Position numbers and translations under genes: made by a program
Notes under the pieces: generated by a model
Seen by the model: the letters and a program-made list of their open reading frames with translations, nothing else
What the model was told of the DNA's origin: nothing
The model's database searches: none
Virus genome (UHGV): UHGV-0097969
Length of the DNA stretch: 45,847 nt
Strand: one strand, 5' to 3'
DNA from: a virus
In this document: positions 38,204 to 45,847 of the stretch, in pieces
How the letters are laid out: each line of letters begins with the position of its first letter
How positions within the stretch are numbered: position 1 is the first letter of the stretch

Positions 38204-38368
38204 TGCGTAAAGCACTGCTACACCCAAATTATGGTGGGGCGTGCGGGGGAGTCGTAAGACTCGCCGGTTCGTCATTGTGTCCGGTAGTTCCAACCCAGCA
38301 CGTCTCACCACCCAATGATTGGAACCTGACGGTGGTGAGTATCCTTAACCTTTAAGGGAATCATCACA

Positions 38369-38560
38369 ATGACAAACCTACCCCATGACTATTACGTCAA
38401 CCTCGTAAAGATCCTTCTCAAGAAAGCCTCATACGCCGATAAATTCCGCTTGGCTGAAATAATCGAGCGCGAAGCTATGCGCATCGCCAGCAACGATAAC
38501 GCTGTTTCTGACGCAAAAATCTCCCTCGTAACCAAAGTAGTTATGGGAGGTGCAAAATGA
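38369..38560 (+). CDS. small protein upstream of and coupled to the antirepressor
   Basis: 63 aa, AAGGGA SD; stop overlaps next start (ATGA). Confidence 0.4.
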   Translation: MTNLPHDYYVNLVKILLKKASYADKFRLAEIIEREAMRIASNDNAVSDAKISLVTKVVMGGAK

Positions 38561-39738
38561 AAACGCTTCCGACCGTTAACACCCTACAGCCTATCCTGCA
38601 TAACCAAATCCCCGTTATCACTACTGAACTACTGGCAAAGCTATACGGCACAGACGTTGATAACATCAAAAAAAATTACTCACGTAACGCAAACCGCTTT
38701 ATTGAAGGAAAGCATTTTTTCAAAGTGGCTGGCGATGAGTTAAAAACTTTGCGAGTGACTTTAAGTCACTCACAAAATTTGCGACTGGTTTTAAACGAGT
38801 CACAAAATGAGGTGCAAATTTCCCCCAAAACTCGCTCTCTCATCCTCTGGACAGAACGCGGGGCTGCACGTCACGCCAAAATGCTTGAAACTAACCAAGC
38901 GTGGGATGTGTTCGAACGGCTGGAAGACTGCTACTTCAACCAGAACGCGCAAACGGCCGCGACCGTTACCGTCTCGCCAAACAATGCTCGTGAGGTTGTC
39001 GATACGCTCAACGCCAAACCGATGTTTTACATTAAAGTGTGCAACAACGAGCCACTCACAACCTCAGCCGATGTTGCCCAGGCATTCAGCACCACAAACA
39101 ATTCCATCGTTATGGCCATCGATGCGCTACGCATTCCTCGCACGGCTGCGGCGCGTCACTTCTTTAAAGAGCAACGACCGCTGGAAGGAAGCGACCGCGA
39201 AATAACAATCTATCGCATGACAAAAGACGGATTTACCTTACTCATGGAGAGCATCGACGGTCCAAGCGTGAAAGATATCAAGCTGGCCTACATTGAAGCC
39301 TTTAACGCTATCAGCAGCGTGTTAAAAACACAGTACGAGCGTGATCTGGCTAAACGACTGTACCAGGAAAAAACGATTATCCGCGCGGCAACAGAGCATA
39401 ATCGGCTATTAACGGAACCGAACTACAGGAAGGAACTAATCAAGGAGTTTGACAAGGCAACAGGAAAAACCAAAGCGGCGCTAAATCTGCCAGCAATGAC
39501 TCAGGAAAATGTGATATCAGCCTTACTTCTTGATCTGCTCAGAAACGCCAGAGCACTGATCAGCTTTGACGAAAACCTGAATCCTCAGCTCAAGCTACTA
39601 CCACCGACAGGCAAAGTAGTCGACCAGGCAGATCACAACAGCATACTCAGCGTACTGGATGCAAACCTACCAGCCAGGACACTACAGGAACTGATAAAGA
39701 TATCGGCGGATAAACTGGCCGCAGGTGCAAAACCATAA
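38557..39738 (+). CDS. Rha-family phage regulatory protein / antirepressor (ORF6N-like N-terminus plus Rha domain)
   Basis: ...ILWTERGAARHAKMLETNQAWDVFERLEDCYF... and ...ITIYRMTKDGFTLLMESIDGPSVKDIKLAYIEAFNAI... resemble ORF6N and Rha signatures. Confidence 0.55.
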   Translation: MKTLPTVNTLQPILHNQIPVITTELLAKLYGTDVDNIKKNYSRNANRFIEGKHFFKVAGDELKTLRVTLSHSQNLRLVLNESQNEVQISPKTRSLILWTERGAARHAKMLETNQAWDVFERLEDCYFNQNAQTAATVTVSPNNAREVVDTLNAKPMFYIKVCNNEPLTTSADVAQAFSTTNNSIVMAIDALRIPRTAAARHFFKEQRPLEGSDREITIYRMTKDGFTLLMESIDGPSVKDIKLAYIEAFNAISSVLKTQYERDLAKRLYQEKTIIRAATEHNRLLTEPNYRKELIKEFDKATGKTKAALNLPAMTQENVISALLLDLLRNARALISFDENLNPQLKLLPPTGKVVDQADHNSILSVLDANLPARTLQELIKISADKLAAGAKP

Positions 39739-39772
39739 AACAAAGCGCCCGATTTGGGCGCTTCTTCAATTC

Positions 39773-40408
39773 TTAATATTTCAGTGTAATCAGTAGCGAC
39801 ACGTGCCCTGATTTGTCACGAGAAACGTAATACTCGCCTCTCTTAGTCTTAAACTCAGCTTTCTGCGTATCAGATTTAACAATCTGCTCTAACTGCGCGA
39901 TCACTGTGTCTCTATCACTTGATGCATCCAAGACTTCAACAGCTACGGCCATAGAAAGCAAGGAATCAGAGCTAGGCTTAGATACTCGCCATAATAACTC
40001 TGAAATCTTCCCATCCTTATCAACTCTAGCTCGACCGTTAACAGATGAATTGATGGCAAATTCAACGGTGTTGTTACCTTGTTTAACTGACTTAATTCTT
40101 ATAGTGGAGGTGGATTTTCCTGATGTAGCGATACCTTCAAGGTCATCATTATATAGCTGCTTAAACTTATCTACGGTCACGCCATCGAAAGCAGCTCCGG
40201 TAGTAGCCGTAGTGCCGGAGTCTTCTGGAATCAAGGCCACAGCAGCAAGAGTATTAACAACAACAAAAGTAGCAATCCCAAGAAACCCACTCACTAAAAC
40301 AGCTTTGAACTTACTACCAGAAGATGGGCCACATTGTTTCCGATATGCACCACGAACTACGAAGAAACACAAAATCAGGCTAATAATAAACGCCACCAGC
40401 ATCCCCAT
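39773..40408 (-). CDS. membrane-anchored protein of unknown function
   Basis: 211 aa, two N-terminal hydrophobic helices, Ser/Thr-rich soluble domain. Confidence 0.5.
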   Translation of the reverse strand: MGMLVAFIISLILCFFVVRGAYRKQCGPSSGSKFKAVLVSGFLGIATFVVVNTLAAVALIPEDSGTTATTGAAFDGVTVDKFKQLYNDDLEGIATSGKSTSTIRIKSVKQGNNTVEFAINSSVNGRARVDKDGKISELLWRVSKPSSDSLLSMAVAVEVLDASSDRDTVIAQLEQIVKSDTQKAEFKTKRGEYYVSRDKSGHVSLLITLKY

Positions 40409-40971
40409 AGAAATCTCCTTTTAGATATAAGGGTAAAGCAATATCGTATTGGATCTTCCTTTAGACACAACCCCCCCTCCCCCCATACAGGGTGCCCTTT
40501 ACCGGAGTTCCGGCCCCTTCTCAAAAGCATCAAAAAAAGCTCGAGATCGAGTACCGGAACTCATGCCACCAGATAGCTCCACATCGTTTCCAATGCTTCG
40601 CCGCCGTGTGCGCCCTGTGGCCCACAATCATGCCATTGGTCGTCTGATATACCTTCTTCTGCTCATTGAGCACAGGCGAGTTGTCGCACTCCTGCCTTTC
40701 TCAGACTCGACTTAGTTTAGATCGCTGTTCCTGGCTTGCGTCAGCACACTTTCCCCTTGTACGCATACCCGCGCGCCACTTCGCCCAAAAACACCGAACC
40801 CAACGAAGTGGCAAAGACAACGACGCGAGCGTGAGTCTGAAACAGGCACCAGTAAAAAAGGGGTTGCAGGCGCAAAAAGATTTGATTATCTTTAGACGCA
40901 AGAAAGCCGCCCCAATCAAGAGGTGTCTTTTTAAATCCAGCCTACCAAGCAAGATTTAAATTTCAGACTGA

Positions 40972-40995
40972 AAACCGCCCGGCAAGGCGGTTTTT
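40972..40995. terminator. bidirectional intrinsic terminator
   Basis: AAAA-CCGCC-cggcaa-GGCGG-TTTTT; ends the HTH/unit-c transcript. Confidence 0.5.
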
Positions 40996-41043
40996 GTCTT
41001 TCTGGCGCTTACATTACACCACCATAAAACGATCCGTAAAGGA

Positions 41044-41316
41044 TCATTTGATCCCTTGTTCCAATTCTGACGACACTTTAACCTTTTCCCATACAAGGGT
41101 TTGCAGCCTTAACAGAATCGCATCTTTATCAAGGTGTGAAAGATCCTTAACCATATCGTCAAACGACAGAACGCGAATGGCCATCTCAATGACCCTCGGC
41201 GGCTCCCCCTTCTCATATCGCTTATATGTAGCCAACGATATCCCAAATTCTTCGGCGGCTCGCTCCTGCGTCCAGTTCATCCCTCGACGCCATAATTTCA
41301 ATTCATAACCCGTCAT
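41044..41316 (-). CDS. HTH (XRE/Cro-type) DNA-binding protein
   Basis: ATG at 41316 with GAGGAGG SD; HTH ...MNWTQERAAEEFGISLATYKRYEKG... Confidence 0.6.
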   Translation of the reverse strand: MTGYELKLWRRGMNWTQERAAEEFGISLATYKRYEKGEPPRVIEMAIRVLSFDDMVKDLSHLDKDAILLRLQTLVWEKVKVSSELEQGIK

Positions 41317-41379
41317 AGCATCCTCCTCGCACAATATTAACACTCGCAAAGTGTCAAAATGACACTTTGCGCATTGTGT

Positions 41380-41760
41380 TTACTTAACGAGGAATAAAAA
41401 TGGTTTATTGTTCGGCGGTGTAATCGGGGCTGGCTCGCTTTTGCTTATGCGATCAGTGTACCAGGCCAGCTCCTTGTCAAAGTAAGCCTGATTAAAATAG
41501 GCCATGAATGTAGTTTCAAATCCATAACGACCGCTAATACGCAGCATCTGATTGCCGTTCTCTGTTTCCAGATATACCTGGGCACGTTCCTGATTCTCCT
41601 TCAGCCAGGTTAAAGCCTCATCGCATGAGGACACACGATACTCATCATCGTAGCAGTCATCGATGCGGCTTGAGGAAGAACGGCAAATCACGCCAACAGA
41701 ACCAGCCAGGATAGTTTGAATTTTAAGGAAAGCGTTTTTGCGGATTTTAATCATGCTCAT
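41380..41760 (-). CDS. hypothetical protein, first gene after repeat cassette c
   Basis: ATG at 41760 preceded by the conserved leader. Confidence 0.45.
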   Translation of the reverse strand: MSMIKIRKNAFLKIQTILAGSVGVICRSSSSRIDDCYDDEYRVSSCDEALTWLKENQERAQVYLETENGNQMLRISGRYGFETTFMAYFNQAYFDKELAWYTDRISKSEPAPITPPNNKPFLFLVK

Positions 41761-41876
41761 CGGGTTATCTCCGGTTTAACCAGAGCGGGTATCGCTCGGT
41801 TTCGGGTATAACCTTAGGAAATTTTTTCCCACCTGTAAAGCACTTTTTATATAAATCTATAATTATATAATTCTAT
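41761..41876 (-). promoter_or_regulatory. conserved promoter/leader cassette, copy c
   Basis: Near-identical to copies a and b (one G/A difference in the leader). Confidence 0.5.
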
Positions 41877-41880
41877 AAGC

Positions 41881-41908
41881 ACAAAAAAGCCCCTTTGCAA
41901 CAGGGGCT
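41881..41908 (-). terminator. intrinsic terminator after the toxin-antitoxin pair
   Basis: AGCCCCT-ttgcaac-AGGGGCT with T-run on the minus strand. Confidence 0.55.
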
Positions 41909-41923
41909 TATCATTCGTTCTGA

Positions 41924-42223
41924 TCAGATGTTAAACGCTATTCGTTTTCCTGTGGGAAGCTCAACATCCAGGCTTAATTTGCCTCCCATAGCTTCAACGT
42001 AACGCTTTAATGTCGCCAGCTTTAAATCATTTCCGCGCTGCTCCAGCTTTGTTACTGCTGGCTGGCTTATACCCATCGCCTCAGCAACCTGTTTTTGTGA
42101 TAACTGGAGTTCTTCACGCATCATCTGCAAGCCGACCTCAAGAATCATCTCATCTGCCATTTCTTTAATTCGCGCCTGGCTTTCCGGTGAACGGCTGGCA
42201 ATCGCCTCATCTAATGTTCTCAT
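41924..42223 (-). CDS. higA: HTH antitoxin, HigA-like
   Basis: 99 aa, XRE-type HTH ...LSQKQVAEAMGISQPAVTKLEQ...; start overlaps toxin stop (ATGA). Confidence 0.65.
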   Translation of the reverse strand: MRTLDEAIASRSPESQARIKEMADEMILEVGLQMMREELQLSQKQVAEAMGISQPAVTKLEQRGNDLKLATLKRYVEAMGGKLSLDVELPTGKRIAFNI

Positions 42224-42576
42224 TACTTGCTCTCCAGTGTGTTCAGATGTGCTGCAAACTCATCCTCAGCTATACGCACCAGTTTTTCATAAAACCGCTT
42301 ATCGTTACTTTTGTCTCCTGCACAAAGAACGATGGCCCGGCGAATCGGATCGAACGCATAAAAGGCTCTTATCGGACGGCCAAAAAACTGAACGCGAAGC
42401 TCTTTCATATTTTTGTACCGAGAACCTTTTACGGTATCGGCATATGGCCTAGGTAACTCAGGTCCGTAAACCTGTAGCTTTTTCAAATCAGCCAAAACCT
42501 TTTCCTGAAGAGCGTCTTCTTGCTCATTTAGCCAGTCGTCAAATCGCTGGCTAAAAAGTACCGTCCACATGCTCAA
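42223..42576 (-). CDS. higB: RelE/HigB-like toxin (Gp49-like)
   Basis: ...RVQFFGRPIRAFYAFDPIRRAIVLCAGDKSNDKRFYEKL... resembles the Gp49/HigB family; toxin-first order; track start is TTG, likely ATG at 42570. Confidence 0.65.
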   Translation of the reverse strand: MSMWTVLFSQRFDDWLNEQEDALQEKVLADLKKLQVYGPELPRPYADTVKGSRYKNMKELRVQFFGRPIRAFYAFDPIRRAIVLCAGDKSNDKRFYEKLVRIAEDEFAAHLNTLESK

Positions 42577-42579
42577 TCC

Positions 42580-42624
42580 TATAACCTGTAGTTTATATCA
42601 CTAACTATATAACCTGTGAGTTAT
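42580..42624. promoter_or_regulatory. direct-repeat operator in the higBA promoter region
   Basis: TATAACCTGTAGTTTATA and TATAACCTGTGAGTTATA just upstream of higB. Confidence 0.4.
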
Positions 42625-42814
42625 AATTTCAAGAAAAACGGGGCTATTTAACATAATGGACGTTATCGGCACCACCGGATCACCGTTCGTTGTCGGATCT
42701 AAAAAATCCGCTCAAAAGATCATGTTTTCCTGGGCGTTTTCCACCGTTTTTTATGTTGCTTATTTGTTAATGAAATCTCGTTTCCAGTTTCGCCTCATTT
42801 TCGACGCGAAAGCC

Positions 42815-43105
42815 CTATTTTTGTGACTTTACTCCTGGCATATGGACTTCCCAGCGCCGAATCCCCATAGCTGCGCAAAAATCAGCCACATAATTCAATC
42901 CCGCCCATTCGCGGATACCACCACGGGCTTTTTCAATGAAAACGGCAATCCCTTTTTTATTGAGAGCAAAAAGCCGCCAGCTTTTTGTCACTTCGTCCTG
43001 GGTAGCCACAACACAAGTGAAAGCGCCCATGCGATACAGGTCCAAGAACTCTTTGCGTGTTTTGCGTACAAGTTCCATAACAAACCTCATATTTGCATGT
43101 TTCAA
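42815..43105 (-). CDS. hypothetical protein
   Basis: 96-aa ORF coupled to the upstream HTH-like gene. Confidence 0.4.
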   Translation of the reverse strand: MKHANMRFVMELVRKTRKEFLDLYRMGAFTCVVATQDEVTKSWRLFALNKKGIAVFIEKARGGIREWAGLNYVADFCAAMGIRRWEVHMPGVKSQK

Positions 43106-43401
43106 ACATCTGTTTTGTCATCAATGAAGATTAACCCTAACCCAGCGAAGTAACACAGCAGCGCCCAGGCTGCATACGGAATGCTGGATCTGGATGTGGA
43201 CTCCTTTAACATCTGCCAGTTGCGAACATTGCGACTATCTTTTAAGCCAAGTTTTTTGGCCAACTGCGAGCCGCTCATTCCGGTCAGGCCAATGACTGCC
43301 CGAACTTCTCCACATGTAGGAGATTCCCATTCATCCGCTTTTTTTAAACAAGCCGGATTCAACATTTTTAAAACAGTATCTTTATCCATAACCATCTCCA
43401 T
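43102..43401 (-). CDS. HTH-like protein with C-terminal hydrophobic segment
   Basis: ...VIGLTGMSGSQLAKKLGLKDSRNVRNWQ... then IPYAAWALLCYFAGLGLIFI. Confidence 0.4.
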   Translation of the reverse strand: MEMVMDKDTVLKMLNPACLKKADEWESPTCGEVRAVIGLTGMSGSQLAKKLGLKDSRNVRNWQMLKESTSRSSIPYAAWALLCYFAGLGLIFIDDKTDV

Positions 43402-43636
43402 TTATTACATCTACGATGGTAGGAAATCTTTTCCTATGTGGCAATAGAAATTTACCACATTTCGTATAAGACAAGTTTTCTATACCTAATAGGAAATCAT
43501 GATTCTTACGTTTTATCGCGTTCTGATGGCTACTGTGTGCGTATTTATCGACGTTTATTGATAAGGCTCGCCCCTTCCTCCTGCAAAGCCTGGCCGTAGG
43601 CCTTATTTCGGCCTTATATAAATTGATTTTGTATAG

Positions 43637-43748
43637 TTCGAAACGCGCCGTTTCGAAAAGGATGATCAGGCTGCTCCATGCCTCCGGCAAGTGCCGGAGG
43701 AGGTATATTTGAGCGTAGCGACTCGAACCGGCGCGAGCTTTAGCTCGC
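43637..43748. repeat. cluster of three perfect palindromes in the AT-rich region downstream of repA (candidate origin)
   Basis: TTCGAAACG-cgc-CGTTTCGAA (43637-43657), CCTCCGGCA-ag-TGCCGGAGG (43681-43700), GCGAGCT-tt-AGCTCGC (43733-43748). Confidence 0.4.
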
Positions 43749-44032
43749 TGCAAGGGCGAACATATTCACAGGCAAAGCCTGCGTAAGTTAAATAAAGAAA
43801 GTCTTAATAAAAGAAAGTGATTTTGCATTTATTTGTTTAGTGCATCTATTATAAAAAACCATTTGCATATACATATCAAAACTGTGGACAACTTAATTAG
43901 CCGATGCCTGTAAAGGCGATATTTACGCTGTGTTCAGGTTTAGAGAAAATTAATTTAGCTTGTTTTTTGAACAGATATTTTATTGCGACGTAGATAATCC
44001 TCCGGTAAAACCGGATTCATCATTCAGGTGGG

Positions 44033-44881
44033 TTAATGTTGGAGTGATTTCCAGGTCTTTCTTAGCCTGTTATAACGCTGCTCAACGAGGGAGCGTAAAT
44101 ATGCAAGGTCAGCTCCAGGATACATGCCATCAGCAAATTCCTGGCTAACCTCTCTAGTGATTTGATGACGAAGTTCGGCCTCTCCCTTTTCCCGAACAAG
44201 ACGCGCAGCTCTCTCCGCTGCTTTCTGTTTTGCCTTTATCTCTCTGGCCGTCTTCCTCTGACGCCATACATTCTCCATCTGCTCCTGAATAACAATACGC
44301 TTATAATCAGCCTCCGTTATCGCTTTTTTAAGCCGTTCGCTATTCTTCGCATTGAAGTAATTAAGTTTCTGGCTAACCGCACGTCTCCATGCTTGTTCAG
44401 TAATACCAACGGTTTCCAGCAGTTGATCACGAATCTCTATTTTCGCTGGCCAATACTGTTTATTCACCCGATCCCAGCGACGTTCATAATCAATAAAACC
44501 TAACGCTTTCAGTTGCGACAACGCCCTTGTACAGCGCGTTATAGACTTGTTCCCAGCTTCGGATACGGTAGACAGGCCGCAAAAATCAGCCAACGCCTCA
44601 GCACTAGCCAGAACCCGCTTAGAAATGATGTTTACATGGTGCAAAATCGCAGCGATCACAGCATTAATCGCCCGACGACGATGCTCGTTTATCCGGCGCT
44701 TCCGCTCTGACGGTTGATTAACGTAGAACGCAACCTCACACGTAAGATCACGCCCATTAATGCGCTGTAAAGCATCAGATAACACCAGCGGCAGCTTGTG
44801 CGTATGGTGCTTTGGAGGCTGGAACTCCGGCGACAAATTACAAACGTAAGCTGAACGTAGAGACGGCATTGGTCTATCCAT
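44033..44881 (-). CDS. repA: replication initiator RepA, IncFII RepA1-like
   Basis: ...CGLSTVSEAGNKSITRCTRALSQLKALGFIDYERRWD... resembles R100/R1 RepA1; basic C-terminus; in-frame upstream ATG at 45013 would add 44 aa. Confidence 0.75.
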   Translation of the reverse strand: MDRPMPSLRSAYVCNLSPEFQPPKHHTHKLPLVLSDALQRINGRDLTCEVAFYVNQPSERKRRINEHRRRAINAVIAAILHHVNIISKRVLASAEALADFCGLSTVSEAGNKSITRCTRALSQLKALGFIDYERRWDRVNKQYWPAKIEIRDQLLETVGITEQAWRRAVSQKLNYFNAKNSERLKKAITEADYKRIVIQEQMENVWRQRKTAREIKAKQKAAERAARLVREKGEAELRHQITREVSQEFADGMYPGADLAYLRSLVEQRYNRLRKTWKSLQH

Positions 44882-44925
44882 ATGTTCGCTCTTGCGTCCA
44901 CGGAAAACCAACGTATAATGGGAGT

Positions 44926-45006
44926 TGTCGAGGCGCCCATGGATTGTTGTTGTTGGTTTTCCGTGGATGTCGCAAGAAGCCCGCAGATTTATCTGCGGGC
45001 TTTTTG
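44926..45006 (+). ncRNA. CopA-like antisense RNA in the repA leader
   Basis: Promoter TTGCGT-N16-TATAAT (44892-44919) and terminator GCCCGCAGA-ttta-TCTGCGGGC plus T5 (44979-45005), opposite to repA. Confidence 0.45.
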
Positions 45007-45194
45007 TTTCCATATCTGGTCACTTTCCAACCAGACACCCACAATCATAACCACGTTACGTGGTTTTAAGAGAACTCTACCACAACACTTTCGGTCATGC
45101 ACGAAGTCTCTCACTGATCGAACGATAATCCACCAGTAAAAGGATCTAAATTGGATCTCGTTTTGCGAGCATCATACTACTGGCCTAACTCCAG

Positions 45195-45749
45195 TCAATG
45201 ATTCCCAGCCGGAAACCTGCGGTAAAGCGTGGATAAGGTAACATCGAAGATAATCGCTATCTGCTTACGTGAAACACCATTCGCAATAAGCCTTCCGATC
45301 TGTTCCCATTGCTCTGGTGCCAATTTTGAGCGGCGTCCTCCTATCCTGCCGTTAGCCCTTGCCACCGCCAATCCTGCACGCGTTCTTTCAATCATATTTT
45401 CCCGCTCCATCTCTGCGACTGCACTCAGCATCGTGTAGGCAAAGCGGCCAATTGAAGTGCTAATTTTTATCCCTTCCGTAATCGAAATAAACTCAATGTT
45501 GTTTGATAAAAAATAATTAAGTAAATCAACAAGATGAATCAGAGAGCGCCCCATTCGGTCCAGCTTCCAGACAATAACCGTATCGCCCGGCCGTAACACC
45601 TTCAGTAGCTTATCAAGTCCTGGTCGTTTTGATTTAGCACCGGATATTTTATCTTCAAAAATCCGGTCACATCCTGAACTCCTGAGCGCCTCCAGTTGTA
45701 ATTCCAAATTCTGGTCAAAAGTTGACACCCTCGCATAACCATATTGCAT
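45195..45749 (-). CDS. site-specific DNA invertase, Gin/Pin/Cin/Hin family serine recombinase
   Basis: MQYGYARVSTFDQNLELQLEAL...VWKLDRMGRS... catalytic-Ser N-terminus and C-terminal HTH; 184 aa. Confidence 0.9.
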   Translation of the reverse strand: MQYGYARVSTFDQNLELQLEALRSSGCDRIFEDKISGAKSKRPGLDKLLKVLRPGDTVIVWKLDRMGRSLIHLVDLLNYFLSNNIEFISITEGIKISTSIGRFAYTMLSAVAEMERENMIERTRAGLAVARANGRIGGRRSKLAPEQWEQIGRLIANGVSRKQIAIIFDVTLSTLYRRFPAGNH

Positions 45750-45813
45750 ACTTTCTAAACCGCGATTGTTGCTAAAAGCGGGAAAAAATATCGTTCAGAC
45801 GACACAGAGGCAA

Positions 45814-45839
45814 TTCGCAAAAACCTCGGTTTGCAGGAA
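45814..45839. other. gix/cix-like invertase crossover site B
   Basis: Reverse complement TTCCTGCAAACC GA GGTTTTTGCGAA; inverted partner of site A; 65 bp upstream of the invertase start. Confidence 0.6.
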
Positions 45840-45847
45840 ACGGTAAA

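Larger units (their letters stand above)
1..45847. mobile_element. temperate phage-plasmid: myovirus-type structural module plus plasmid replication, partition and toxin-antitoxin genes; no integrase seen
   Basis: Gene content and order across the window; RepA, ParA/ParG and HigBA alongside a full virion module; termini are inverted repeats. Confidence 0.7.

Noticed and set aside
40449-40959. Three overlapping ORFs in the GC-rich island
   Set aside because: Arg/Leu/Cys/Pro-rich low-complexity translations with no ribosome-binding sites; the region is better explained as non-coding.
43382-43753. 123-aa minus-strand ORF
   Set aside because: It spans the palindrome cluster and AT-rich origin candidate, is Arg-rich and low-complexity, and has no SD; likely non-coding.
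43883-43891. DnaA box
   Set aside because: TTGTCCACA has one mismatch to the TTATCCACA consensus and is a single copy; mentioned only as weak support for the origin candidate.
1-45847. CRISPR array or integrase/attachment site
   Set aside because: No short direct repeats with regular unique spacers were seen, and no ORF shows tyrosine- or large-serine-integrase features; the only recombinase is the small invertase.

Overview
The window reads as a nearly complete temperate phage that is also a plasmid (a phage-plasmid), about 46 kb, of enterobacterial type. All calls are made by eye from the sequence and the ORF track; no searches or folding were run, so product names are family-level inferences. 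Positions 1-19185 (minus strand) form one structural/packaging operon: P2 H-like tail fiber (truncated at the window start), P2/Mu-like baseplate, tape measure, tail chaperone with a TTTTTTG -1 frameshift, tube and sheath, then lambda-like capsid, ClpP-type protease, portal, gpW and GpA-type large terminase with a Nu1-like small terminase. Upstream lie three ParB-nuclease-domain genes (one fused to a class I SAM methyltransferase), a small-gene block, an MT-A70 adenine methyltransferase, a tRNA (anticodon CAU), a lysis cassette, a lambdoid accessory region with a Q-like antiterminator, and a divergent Cro-like / CI-like switch with ACCAC-N5-GTGGT operators. The right third carries plasmid functions: type Ib ParA plus ParG-like partition genes, a Rha-family antirepressor locus, a HigB/HigA-like toxin-antitoxin pair, an IncFII-type RepA with a CopA-like antisense RNA, and a Gin/Pin/Cin-family DNA invertase. 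No integrase or CRISPR array was seen. The most striking points are: (1) the two window ends are a perfect 24-bp inverted repeat carrying gix-like crossover sites, so the invertible tail-fibre segment lies outside the window; (2) a ~108-bp promoter/leader cassette present three times, once directly downstream of the Q-like gene; (3) recurrent AT-rich octamer arrays at eight intergenic sites including the partition locus; (4) several candidate small RNAs and structured leaders. Most remaining ORFs in the six-frame track run antisense to these genes and are treated as spurious.
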